NCBI GenBank assembly: GCA_013265495.1 | Contig: MU058213.1 | Location: 3,534,001 to 3,598,000, forward strand | DNA: 64,000 bases | From: Vicugna vicugna | Taxonomy: Eukaryota | Reading direction: 5' to 3' | Position numbers and translations under genes: made by a program | Shown here: positions 1 through 12,389 of the stretch, piece by piece | Position numbering within the stretch: the first letter of the stretch is position 1 | Layout: each line of letters opens with the position of its first letter | The notes under the pieces: model-generated | Told to the model about the DNA's origin: nothing | Databases searched by the model: none | The model's input: the letters and a program-made list of their open reading frames with translations, nothing else

Positions 1-162
1 TCTTCCATGCAAAGGGTGAAGCATCAAGAAGCTCCCACTCATCATTATAGTCATCCCTTAAGTATCCTAGTTTGGTTATCTGTTTGCACAAGGCTGTCTG
101 GTCAACCTCATCCATCAGGCTCTACTGTCATCTCTACTCCTTTCCAAAGAGTCCCTTGGCTT

Positions 163-285
163 CAGTCATTAATTTAATAGACACTTACTGAGTGCCTATT
201 TTGAGTGAAGCACTGTTCCAGGTACTGGGGATATAGTAGTGAATAAGACAAAAAGTCCCTGATTCAGGGAATTACACTCCAGTAA
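163..285 (-). mobile_element. L2 3' fragment
   Basis: cacttactgagtgcctat...aggtactggggatatagtagtgaataagaca is a typical L2 3' end. Confidence 0.7.
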
Positions 286-1353
286 GTCAGAGCCCAGAAA
301 AGATTACCCATTTGCTTAAGCCTCTCTCTAGAATTTTTCTGTGATCAATTCTAGAAAATTTACATTTGTCGGCCTGCTTGCCTGCCTATCTATCTCCTCA
401 CCTTTCAGTTTTTCCTTGCTAGGCTCCTTTTTTCTCATTGCTTACCTGAAATGTTTAGTATCTCCTCAGGTTCCTTAAAGTCAGGCTAAGCCATGAGCAG
501 CCTCAAAGACCAAAAGTACCCAGCTAACAATGAGATTTCTTACGCTGCTCCAGTGGAGAAACAGTTCCTAAGATTTTCATATACTGATCTATATTTGGGG
601 AGGGATACATACTTTTAAGTAGCATTAATAAGTTATACATAAAGGATTTTTTTAACTTTCTCCTTAAAGATCAATCAAAAGGACAGCTCATAAGTAAGCA
701 CTGATTACACAGGGTATATCAGTTCATTACATAAGCCAGCGTAAGACTCAAACATTCTTAGCAGTACCCTAACTGGCACTGCTAGAGGGAAGTGTTACTG
801 GAAAGATTGCAAATGTTCATAAAGAGGAAGATAGAAGATATTACTTGAAAAAGCCAGAATAGTTAAAAAAAATAAAACATTTCAATTGTGTATTTTTCAA
901 GTCTCATGCTGAGAAGGGAAAAAGTTAATGTAGGTGACAATTAAAAAAAAAACACCACCACAAATTAACAGCCATAATGAATTAAAGAGATTTAAGCAGA
1001 ACTGCATGCCTTATAGACCAATATTTTTAGATTCTTAAATGAAACTAGAATGTAATCCTAGAAAATTTAACAGTCAGAATTCTGTGAGAGTCATACTGAA
1101 GTTCTTTCCTGAGACAGGCAGACAACCTTGCTCTTGAATGTCTGTTGGTCCAAACAATCTCTTCTGTATTACATGGTCTCAGTCAACAACTAGTCTAAAT
1201 GCACAAGTAGATTTAAAACTCTTTGTAAATACTTTGGCCCTTTGCAAATTATTATGGCTCTTATGTAAAAGCAGAAGAGGGACTCATTGGCTACTTTAAC
1301 TATGAACTGTTACTGTTCTCACTAAAAAAAAAAAAAAAAGGTCTTAAAGTCTT

Positions 1354-1520
1354 GATTCCCACAGTATGTTTGAGGAATTAGCAGCATTGATATGACCTGG
1401 GAGCATATTAGAAATATGGAACCACCTCAGGCCCCACCCTCAGAGCTACTGAACCAAAATCTGCATTTTAAAAAGCTCTCTAGGGTATGTATACACACAT
1501 GAAAAATTGAAAATCAGCAG
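1354..1520. mobile_element. MER5-like hAT-Charlie MITE
   Basis: agcagcatt...acctgggag...aggccccacc...tactgaa...tctgcattttaa core. Confidence 0.7.
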
Positions 1521-2050
1521 TCCAAAAGACACCTTAATAAACCATTCTCCAGTTGGAATCCTAAAGCATTAGTAGAGAGCTTACTAACAAACATTTGAGA
1601 GAAAAGAGAAGGAAAAAAAAAAAAGGGAAGTAGTCCTCCATAACATTATTTTAGCTATACCATAAAATGTTACACTCAGCTTTTGTAAGAGGGACAAAAG
1701 ATAGAAATTCTGTTAAGAATGTTTCTGCACTTAATGAACAACTGCATTCAAAGACACTGTCCATTGTACCACCAATATCCTTGATGTAAATACCTTTTTG
1801 CTTGGTAGTATTTTTTCTATTAAGGTAAATCACAAAATGTTTCACAGTGATATGGTTTTGAGAAGGCTTATCTCTCCCCAGTCACCTCCACAGATATCCT
1901 AGAACCTAACTGGAAACATCATGGTATCTCCTGGTCAAGGTGTTCCTTGTGACCAGCTCATGAATTGGGCTACAAGATACATAAACATGCTAGCTGCTTG
2001 CCCTTCCAAGTCCTCAGATCTGCTCAAGTTCCATTTAAGAAGTTTTGTAG

Positions 2051-2188
2051 GGGGTGGGGAGTGTATAGCTCAGTAGTAGAGCGCCTGCTTAGCATGCATG
2101 GTGTCCTGGGTTCAATCCCCAGTACCTCCATTTAAAAACTAAAATAAGACAAATAAGTAAGCCTAATTACCTCTCACCTCCCCCAAAA
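2051..2188 (+). mobile_element. tRNA-Ala-derived SINE (camelid Vic-1 type)
   Basis: tRNA-Ala(AGC)-like head with A/B boxes, tail aaataagtaagcctaattacctc, flanking direct repeat agttttgt. Confidence 0.88.
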
Positions 2189-3379
2189 GAGTTTTGTTAC
2201 ATCTCAGTCAGTGAAGGTAACACTACTTTCCGACGGCTGCTCCCACGTTGAGAGCCTCCCCCTACATACCTCACTGAACAGGGACAGATCGGCTCACCTC
2301 TTGTTTTGAAAGGCTTTCCTGTATCTCTAAATGCTGGTCTTCACCTGACCACAATCCTTCAGTTTCACACACGGCCAGCGAAGAAAACTGAACCACACAC
2401 TTGAGCAAGACTCAGGTATTTAGTGGATTTGCTGACAAGATCACTGGATCCCCTTCTCGGCAGTCACTCACTCCTGCTAACCACCCTCCTGACCTCAACA
2501 CGTTGGCTGGCCACACCCAGGGCCTCTGCCAAGCCCCTTGTGCCCACACAGGCTCCTGCTTCTGGCTTGTCCTGGTCTGTCTTGTTTCCTGTCATCAAAA
2601 CGCAGAGGGACGAGGGGTCTAGGATGGGGAGGTCTCACAACAGGTAGCACACGGTGGGTGGGCTCCATATCCTGGGAGAAGCTGGAGACAAAAAGATAGA
2701 GGTGCCTCTTCTCCAAGTCGTTTCAAGGAACACGCTTTCAACTCTGACCTGTTTTCTACATGGAAGCTGTATTTTTTGTGTTGTCTGATTTTCGGTGGCC
2801 AGGGTAGGGGCGGAGAAGAAAGTTAAGAGTGATGCTGCTCACAAGGACTACACACACAGGCAGCCTCATGTTTTCCCTAATTTTTTGTTGCCTTCATTTC
2901 AGATTGTTCAGTCTCCATTTCAGTCTTCACTGCCCATACTCACTCATTCTAAAATTCTAAGGTGAAAGAAGAGAGCTACAAATCTTTCCACCCCCCTAGA
3001 TAACAGAATACAATATCCCTGTAGACAGACCATTTGATTTATGCAATTAAATCCACCCAATATCCTGTCTTCTACACAGTAGCCATTAAATATATTCCTT
3101 GTCTATACTACCTCATGCCTATTTCATGACACTGAGCAAACAATCTATGGCCGCTGTTTCTGTTTCCTTACCTTATGCCTTCTGCAATACTGTTCTCCTG
3201 AGCGTACTCTTACTAAAGTCACTGAGGACCTCATAGCTGCCACGTCCAGTGGATACATACATTCCACAGCATTGTGTGCTGCCGCCCCTTGCTTGTTCCC
3301 TTCCCTTGACTTTCATGTCTCCACGCTCCCCTGGCCTCTCTGCCCTCCTCTCCACCCCCACCCAGTGGCTCTTCTTAGT

Positions 3380-4550
3380 CTGCTCTTTACCTCCTGTTCC
3401 ACCACTTCTCCAAAGTTGGTGGTCTCCAGAATTCTGATGTATCACTCCTCCCATCTCACTTTCACGCCTTTCTCAGTTCATCCTTACCTAAGTCTCTGAC
3501 TATACTCCTCATTCCCCAGCTACATTTCCAGCTCTCACTTCTCTCCTGATCCCTGATCCTGGGCCTCCAACTACCCTACCTGACAGCAGTAGCACCAGGG
3601 CAGCTGCTCGGTACAAAACCTTAATGATGTGCGTTATCTTCTTTGCCCTCCCAGTCTGGCCCCTTCTGAATTCCTCATTTTAGTTCAGGACATTGCTATT
3701 CACCTAATCATCCAAGCTAAGAAAACTTTGATTCATTTATAATCCATGGTATCATAAAAAATTGGCATCTAAAAACAAAAAATGAGCACGTTACATTCTC
3801 AAATAAAGACTTCCAGCACCTAACTGCTGTCTGTTGGCGGGGGTCACACGGCTTCCTTTCAGCATGAGGTGCTGCACTCAAGGGGACGCCAACCACTTCC
3901 AGCAAATCACCCCAGCCCTTCCCACATCCCTGGACTCCCCATGTTGAGTCATACTGAACTATTTACAGTCTGATTTTTTTTCACATCTCTAGCCTTTGCA
4001 TGTGCAGCTGCTTCTGCCTAGAGCAATGATGCTCAATGGGGGTCAAATTTGCCCCTCGGGGACATATGGCAATGTCTGGAGACATTTTCTGATTGTCACA
4101 ACTGGGGGAGAAGGGTGTTATGGGCATCCAGTGGGTGGAGGCCAGGGATGCTGCTTAACATACTACAGGGCACAGGACAGCCCCCCCAAAACAAAAATTA
4201 TCCCGTCCCAAGTGTCAACAGTGCTGAGAGTGAGAATCTTTGCCCAAAAATATCCTCCTTGATTTCTCTGCCTGGTGAACTCCAACTCCTCCTCTGTGAA
4301 GTCTTTCTCTGCCAACAAGGCCCTCTCCTCCAGATAAATATTGTATCTTTCTCACTTCCTCAATCACACCTCTGTTTTAGCACATCACACGTTAGACTGA
4401 TTTTTTTTTTTCGGTCTGCCAGTGTGCCTCTACACTGGAATGGGAGTTCCCCAAGTAAAGACTGTGCTTTATTACCTTTTATTCCCATAGCCTGAGCCGT
4501 GGGTGGCAAACAGTAGGCACTCAGATGTGTGCTAGATGAATGAATGAAAG
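3380..4550 (+). mobile_element. Degenerate L2, interrupted by MER20
   Basis: Pyrimidine-rich L2-like body ending cagtaggcactca...gatgaatgaatgaa. Confidence 0.6.
4025..4243. mobile_element. MER20 hAT-Charlie MITE
   Basis: ggggacatatggcaatgtctggagacatttt...ggccagggatgctgcttaacat...cacaggacagcccc signature. Confidence 0.9.
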
Positions 4551-7500
4551 ACGCAGCTATAGAGAAACAAAGTATTTCTGAAGCAGATAATTCAGCTCCC
4601 TGAACCACTCCGAAAAGAACACTTTAGTTCTTCAATTCTGAGACACGTACATATACAAGCACACACTTCTCACTAAGTTTCTAAAACTGGTCATTAACAT
4701 TGCCGCATCACAATTTGAGAGTCAATATTTATAAACTATACTGATTTTTATAGGAAAGATTAGGTGTTCAAAATAAATTTAACTAAATGTCTCTAAATAT
4801 TCTGCTAAAATTAACAAAATAGGAGCTGAGAAAATAATGGAACCCTAAAAATATTTAAAACATTTATTTTAGGAAGAACAACTAAACATATTATTGAAAT
4901 GTATAATCTTGAGATAAGTGTTAAAGGCTTTTGAAATAACTGAGACATAGTTTTTTTTTAAAGTTCTACTACACTAGGCTGAAGCAATTTACCTAACCAA
5001 GATTAAATAACAGGAAATACACACAAACTTTCATAATAAAAAGAAAAAAAATGTAAAGCCAAACTTGCTGATAAAAACAAGATTATACGTGAAGAATGGA
5101 AGACATATACAAGCACGGGCAAAATGCTAAGGTATTTTAAATAACAGGGTAATGAAGTCTCTGAGCTTCCTAACAGCACAGGAAATTTAAAAAACAATAG
5201 ATAGGGAAAAACAAAACGATAATAGAGGAAGCTAACTATTACCTAGACTACAGAACTCTGCAGAGTAATTTTCGTAAATGGGTAAAAACTGGTTCCTTAC
5301 CTCCTCTTAGCTCCTTAACCTGTTTCTTGATCAAGCTGACAAGATATTACACGCAATGTTAAGATATCAAATATCTACTTTCAGATCAAAAGTCATTATA
5401 AAGCCCTTACGAAAGTCTCTCAAAAAGAGTATATAAAAATATATGCAAGTTACTGTTATGTTCTGTGCTGGCAAATAAATGGAATAAACCCTGTCATGTG
5501 GACTACAAACTCCCATCCTCATTCTAAGCTGTAAACACAGAACACAGCCTTGTTGCAGATATAGGTAAAAGCTCTCACTAGATTTTAAAAATTAGCCCTT
5601 AATGAGCTGTGGATTATAGACAGCTAGAAACTGGATATGATTCTGCTAGAGACTGGTGGTGAAACACAAAAGAAAATCTGTAGCCCTCTCAGGGCTTTAG
5701 AAACCAGGGTCCCTGACCAAAGCAGTGATTTAATTTCACGGCTGCTGGGTACAGATAGCTGACATTACTAAATGCTACTCTAATATCAACTTGTTAAATG
5801 TGAATCCAGACTCAGCATATCAGAATACGAACCCAGACTAACTGGAGTCATGGGAAATATTTTGGGAGCTGTTTATTTATAAGTGAGTCACAATATACCA
5901 CTATAATTAGAATAATATATAACTATTGATAAACACAGGATTATTTCTCAAACCCCATTATTGTTGTCACTGCTATGTTTAAAAAGCAACATTATTATTT
6001 TCCTCTTAGAACAAGCCCTCAATTTACCACTAATTGATCAGATCAATTTAGATCGAGCATGTGTTAAATTTAATGGTCACTATATTTTTTTACAATACTT
6101 GTATAGAGAGCTTTTAATAAACATTAGAAGGAGGAACAATTTAAAGCTCTTCAGCAAATGACACACTTCTGAACTATTTTATAATCTAATAATCTATCCG
6201 AAAAAAATAGGATCTGCAGAAAGCCAGGCATTTGGCTGTTATGAAAAAATATTTAAATTTGCTTACCTAAGTTTTAATGAAACCAATAAAAGTGTATTTT
6301 TTAGCCACACAAAAGGCATTTAGTCACACTTTATTAAAAAACATGAAAAGTACTATTTTTCAAAAGCATCAACAACAACAAACTATAATATTACCACAAA
6401 ATCAACTATTTTAAGGATATTCTATATTTATTTCTAGGTTAATTATTCCTTCCAGGTTAATTATTTCATTAAATGTAAAATAAGTTTACAAGGTACATAT
6501 GAATTCAATTAGCAAACTATTAATGTATTTCTTCATAGTATCACTTAATTGCTTTCTTTTAGGAAACAAAACAACCATATTAATTATAATTTCCTAAGAG
6601 GTGGTTTTTTTAAGAAAGCGTTGTAAGTGGAATTAATAATTCTAAAACATAGATCAGAATTTGAAATGTGATCTTTATTCATCCTCAGTAAAGCAGTTGC
6701 TTAGAGCAACATCTGGGTATTGGGTAACAATGATTATATTTATCAGATTTTCAGAAGAGAGAAAACAAACTAGCAATTACTTAATATTTTATCTGCCCAG
6801 AAGTTTTAAAAAAGATCTTTAATAGTGAAATTAAGTGCTACATAAACACAGATAAACAGAAAAGTTTTTTCCCCCCAAACTATTATATTCCCTCATCTAG
6901 AATTGGTTTAGTCAGAAACACTTTTTGAATTTCCTGAAATCTGTCTAGATCTTCCAAATACAGAAATTTTTAGAATCTACTTAAGTTTAAAACACTTAAA
7001 ATACTTTGGGAAGGTCAAATTACATAAAGAACCGTTTTGGTTAAGATTCACTAGAGTTAAATTACTAATACAATACAGCAAAATTATCAAAATAACAAAT
7101 TAATAAGGTAACCGGAAAATTATGGAAGATGCCTAGTAGTTGAAACCAAATTCAAAAATATAAAATTTAATATTGTTGAAAGAGGGAATTACATTTTAGA
7201 AGGCATTCTTAACTGGGAGCTAAAGAAAAATTGGGTGGAAACAAAATTCCTGTGGTTAAGGGTATATACAAATGCAAATGCCATTTATTTTTCCTCTGCT
7301 TTAAACATTCAGCATAATAGTTTTTATCCATGACCTAATACATATATATATTTTAAAGAAACATTTTCTCTATGTTCACTTATGAAAGATCTTCACATTT
7401 TTATGCAGGCTTTTTATTGTTTAATAATTTAAGTAGCTTTCTATATTTTACTTTTTTTTTCCACAATGCTTAAAGGAGGGGGAGAATACTAAATGAGCAT

Positions 7501-7875
7501 TTTTGAAGTAGGAATAAAATACAGAGTTAGACATTGAAATACTATGCCACTTAAGGGAAAAATCTACCAAGGTAAAATGTTATAAAATAAATTATTATTT
7601 AAAGCTTGTTTTATGCTACAGATATGTTTTGTGGCTTAAATCACTTTAGAAAAAAATTTTAATGCATATTTTCTACACTAATAAAATAACAAATAGAGTG
7701 AAAAACTACGGGGATTTCTCAGATTTACAAATATAAAGTTCATGACTACAAAATACTTGTTAAGCTAAGAACAAGAAAATACATAAAACTACCAAGTTAT
7801 TATACATTTTACCCAAATATTTCATAAAGCTATTCGAGTATAAATTATCATTTCCCGAGACCAAAGGGAACTTAC

Positions 7876-9426
7876 CTTACAAGAATGCTTTAAAGAATTA
7901 GATAGTTTATTTGTGAAATCTCTGTTGCTGTCTCTTGATATATGATCAACTTTACCTTCATTTCCAGATGCAAATTTGATGAGTAATTGCGATGGTCCCC
8001 CCTTAGAACAATTGTGCTTAAGGCTGGATAAACAGGAAACATTTGGATAAATTCCTCCCAATGAAATACTTCTTTGTAAAACAGCATGGTTTTTGTTTAT
8101 CTGTAAATTTGGTCTTTCCAACTGCCCATTGATATTTATTTGATAATCTACATTTTGGGAAGATGGTAAACATGCAGATGTCCTATGCATAAGCTTAATA
8201 TACTCTGAATCAGAATTAAGTTTAATTTCTGACATCTCTGGTTTACAATCACCATTTGCTGTTTCACAGTCTAATGTAGTTGCTTTTTGTTGGGTGAAAT
8301 GCACTGAAACACAAGAGTATCCTTCAGATGGCTTTTCACAGACAGTCTGATTTGGACTATTACTTGCAATTACAATTTTCTTTTGTAATGAGCCCTTCCT
8401 GTGAAGTGGTCGTATGTCTCTTACTTCTCCGGGAGTACAGACCGTTTTAGATAACCGAAGTCCATTGACAGCTGTTGAAAGAAATCCCTTAGCACCAGTG
8501 CCATCTTCACTGTGGGCAATTTCACTAGGAGAAATAATAAACTGGTGGGAGGTTTGATAGGATCCTTTGCTTGGAAGAGTACCTGTAGTTGTTGGAGAAG
8601 CTGGTGGGGTATTTGAAGGACTCCTAGGAAAAATGACTAAGGATGAACAACGTTTTAGTGGAATCTTCGAGTTCCTGCTCACTGGCAATTTCATGATCTC
8701 TAGTCCATGATCCAAGTCATCCTGGACGAAGGGAACTGTACTTGTACTTCTTGAAAAAATTTCACATGGCGTAGTATTCCTGTTTGGCACACTTCTATCG
8801 GAGGCGCTGTCAGAAGATAAATTTCCACCAAAGAAGGTATCATCGGTTGGTGGAAAAGTATAACCACTGCTGTCACTGATGATACTGTTGGTGTATGAAC
8901 CGCCACTGGTGACACTTGTGCATGACCCATAATCACTACCGTTGCTGCTGTAAGACCCATTCTCACTGGCTGGAAAGTTGCTAAGGCTACCACTGCAAAC
9001 GGCAGAACTGCTTAATAGATTACCATCATCCATGGCATTCAGCTCATTATCAACCACAGCACTGCCATCCTTCAAGACACAAGTAAATGAAGCATCGTCA
9101 CCATCAGCTAAGACATTGCTAGACTGAAGACATCCACTGTACCTTGTTGGCTGGAGTGAAATCTGCAGACAGCTGCTCTTTTTATGAACATTTTCAGGTG
9201 AAGGAACAGATGATCTTTCCTGAGACTTAACGTTTTCCTTTCCTAACGCAGCTAGTGCAGTCTGCCTGGGAGTCAGCTTCATTTGAACCACATTAGACGC
9301 TGAAATCCGCGTTGGTCTGGTGAAGCCCATGTGAACATGGCTATCCAGATCATCTCCGGAGGTTTCTGACAAAGGGTAAGTATTGCTTCTTCTGGCTGCA
9401 AAGTGCAATCGTAAGCTTTGTGCCAT
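7876..9426 (-). CDS. NEDD4: NEDD4 alternative first coding exon of the long isoform (517 aa, MAQSLRLHFAARRSNTYP...HSCK)
   Basis: Only long ORF in the window; matches the recalled N-terminus of the long human NEDD4 isoform. Ends at donor AAG|GTAAGT (7875) in phase 0, compatible with the same downstream exon used by exon 5. Confidence 0.96.
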
Positions 9427-10100
9427 TTGTTCTCATTTCCAAACATGTTAAGGGCTGAAAGTCATAACAAAGATCTCTGTCGGTAGACAGGCTAGAAGCA
9501 GCTGCACTGCATCGAAAGAAAAAATCATTTGTGGTGCCTGAAAGAGCTCTTAAGTAGTAGTCTTTATCCTAAGTAAAACCTTAGAGACCAGATATCATAG
9601 AAAGAAAAAGACGGCCCATTCCTGAGACTGACGTTTCCAAAATGTCTTGAATTGCTTGTAGTCAAAATGCCTTCACTTACAAAGCACTTGATTTCCAGCG
9701 ACCTTTAAGCTGAGCTCAGCCGCAGCACACTGCCTCAAACACTGCCAACCTTGTTTCAATTATACCTTCTCCAATTTGCATGAATGAGTAACACAAGAAC
9801 AACAATCTTCTAGCATTTCAAGTCGAAACAGTATTTTTTTCACTCCAGCTCTACTAAATGAACATTTAACTCTGTGAATCACAGTGCGTAGACTTTCTCC
9901 AGCAGCGTTTGACCACTAATATTTTTACCCATAGGGATAGAATTACAGGAAGTTGGTAGGAATGAAACTCCATGTAATTGAGTATCAAATCAAGGATTGA
10001 ATTTCCAAATAGTGGCCATACTAGGAATTTAGTCAACTTTGTAAATGTAGAAAGGAATACAGACTGTTAAATTTTTTCAAATGAGTAAGTTCGAAAAGTT
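9427..10100 (-). promoter_or_regulatory. Putative internal promoter and 5' leader of the NEDD4 long isoform
   Basis: Apparently repeat-free, non-CpG-island sequence directly upstream of the alternative exon, with an in-frame TAA at 9450-9448 ahead of the ATG. TSS cannot be determined from sequence. Confidence 0.55.
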
Positions 10101-10620
10101 GTATAAATTTGGAAATACCCAAACATCAGGGTAAATTAAAATCTCAGCATTCAGTCAAGCAGATAAATATTTCAGCTTCCAAAACACTACGTACTTATAA
10201 AAAGTGAAAGCTTAAGGATCGAAATACAAAATTAGCCTAGTAATACTACTGCAAAAATTGAGCATACGACTGAGGGAAAAAAAGTTTAAGAGAAGCTGTC
10301 ACCAAGCATTTTCTCCTGTAATTTTAAGGCCTTCCCAGCCAAGCAGTACAGTCTTTAAATGATGCCATTTATATTTTGACTATTAAAACTCTGCCAAGAA
10401 ATAGCCTAAGCAAACATTCCATTAAAAATATATGCAGATTAGACAGAAAAACTATACCCCAAGATAGTCTGAGCACACAAGACATTTTATTCCACTGTCT
10501 CTGCAATCCATTCACTTAAGAGAGTGTTGTGGTAAGTAAAGAAGTCGAAAAAGGATTTAACACATCAAATAAACATATCTCAATGCCAATTCTGTTCTGA
10601 AAAACTCTAAGAGCTCTTTG

Positions 10621-10634
10621 CTGGCCCCTACTGG
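10621..10634 (-). promoter_or_regulatory. Candidate CTCF site
   Basis: Minus strand CCAGTAGGGGCCAG matches CCASYAGRKGGCRS at 13 of 14 positions. Confidence 0.35.
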
Positions 10635-12389
10635 CGCACTGAAACAATTCATTTAGCTGTTTGATATCTACAAAGTACAAACCATGCTGCGTATTTCTTT
10701 ATGTAAACAGGGTACATACTTGTTTACATTTTTGAGTGCTAGCACTGCCCTTGAGGTGGAATTACTTACTACTGCTGATAAAGCTCCCGCAGGAGAGAAC
10801 AACAGGCGGTTTGTCCTTTTAGAGCTTATGATTTTGTATATATATATATATATTTCTGCTTTGTATTTATTTAACCTTTACTTTATTTTCAGTTTACTAG
10901 GTAATAAAAGTTTAATATTTTAATTTCTCCCCTAAATGTCATAGACCGAGGTTGGTATTCTACTTGAAAGAAAAAAATTTATTTTTAAATAATACTCCAG
11001 GGTATATTTAAACCCCTTACCTGAATTTTACAGCTGGAACTCCAGTAATAAATATATACTGGCTCATTCATAGGAAAGTAAAAAGTAAAAGAGTTCCGCT
11101 GTTTACACCACATGGTTCTACACCCAACTTGTATTTTTCTAAGTAAGTTTTTTTCCTAAGTAAAAGCAAATATGTAAAACATATACTTGCACTTTGTTTC
11201 AAAGAGAAAACTCCTTAAGATAGATCTGTTCTCGATCACAATTTTCTAAACAGTGTTTTTAATCACGTAAGACATGACGAAACAGAAATATGGAATTTAT
11301 TAAATTTTATTTCTGACTAGAGTGAGATAGTACTATATTTCAGAATGTATGAAGTTAAAAACCTAGCAATAAAATTATCATGCTATTTTGGTTTTATATA
11401 ATCTGTCTCCTTTTTGATTTTATAGATTTCAGTATATATTCCCTATAATCTTCCTTCTTTACAGAAGGAAGAGTCCTAAACTTTTCACTCTGCCTTCAAA
11501 TAACTTCAGCTTTCCTTTTTGAATTAAGTTAGGGATCTGATGACTCAGAAAGTGGATCACTTCTATCAGGCTAATCAATGAGCTCTAACTGCTCATGCCT
11601 GTGGCCTAAAACTTCCATTTAATAAGCACATCTCCTTTGGCTGTTAATAGAAATAACGAAGCAGATAAATGTTTTCTCTTTGGTAACCTTCACCGTAAGC
11701 ATCAGTTTCATGTCCCCTAACTAGATTTTAAGCTTCCAGAGACCGAGGACCACATATTTCTTCTGATACTCCTGAGCTCATGCTGGGCACAGAGTAAGCA
11801 CTTAGTAACACCAGAGAGGAGGCTGGATGGATGGTGGGTGGATCCAGCTAGTACTTCTAAAGAAACATCAAAAAGTACTACAGCTGGACAAGAAGGAATG
11901 ATGCTTGAAAAACCAGCAAAGAGGGCTTTAGTGAAGAAGAAGAAAGCTAAGAGAATCAAATGCACTTCCTAGCACTCTAGTCTGAGTTTAGGTTCTAGTG
12001 AGGCTGACCAGTTTGCTCTACTAGCTTGTGGCACAGGACTTGTCCCGCTTTACAGCAGTTACGGGCAGAACATGAGGAACCTGGGGGGAAATGCAGCCCC
12101 TGAGCCAAACAGAGGCCAAAAGAGGAGCATCAACCCTAACCTCAAGGGGAGAAGGGCTGGAGAGGGGTGGCAGGCCTCAACTCGGAGGAATCTAGGCAAA
12201 TCCTATAGGATTTCATATTCTGGAATTAAACAGATAATGTCTTAGGATTAGATTGAAGCTCGGGGCCCCACATCCTGAGATATCTGGTTATTGATTATCT
12301 ACACAGAAAACAATGGGATTACTTACACGCTATGGGTAGGCTCTGGAAAACCCTCATCATTGACTAGAACTTTAAAGGCCAATATCCAC

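Noticed and set aside
1651..1845. 64-aa minus-strand ORF in intron 5
   Set aside because: Non-ATG start, no NEDD4 similarity, no convincing splice signals.
2057..2130. tRNA-Ala(AGC)-like sequences here and at 19420, 21040 and 63930
   Set aside because: Stem mismatches, shared non-tRNA tails, A-rich ends and flanking repeats mark them as SINEs, not tRNA genes.
4049..4495. 148-aa ORF
   Set aside because: Runs through MER20 and L2 relics; a chance frame.
7822..7875. Last 17 codons of the 534-aa ORF as normal CDS
   Set aside because: They follow a consensus donor and similarity to NEDD4 ends at SCK; treated as intron.
8700..8993. 97-aa alternative-frame ORF inside the large exon
   Set aside because: Starts at GTG; a shadow frame with no recognisable homology.
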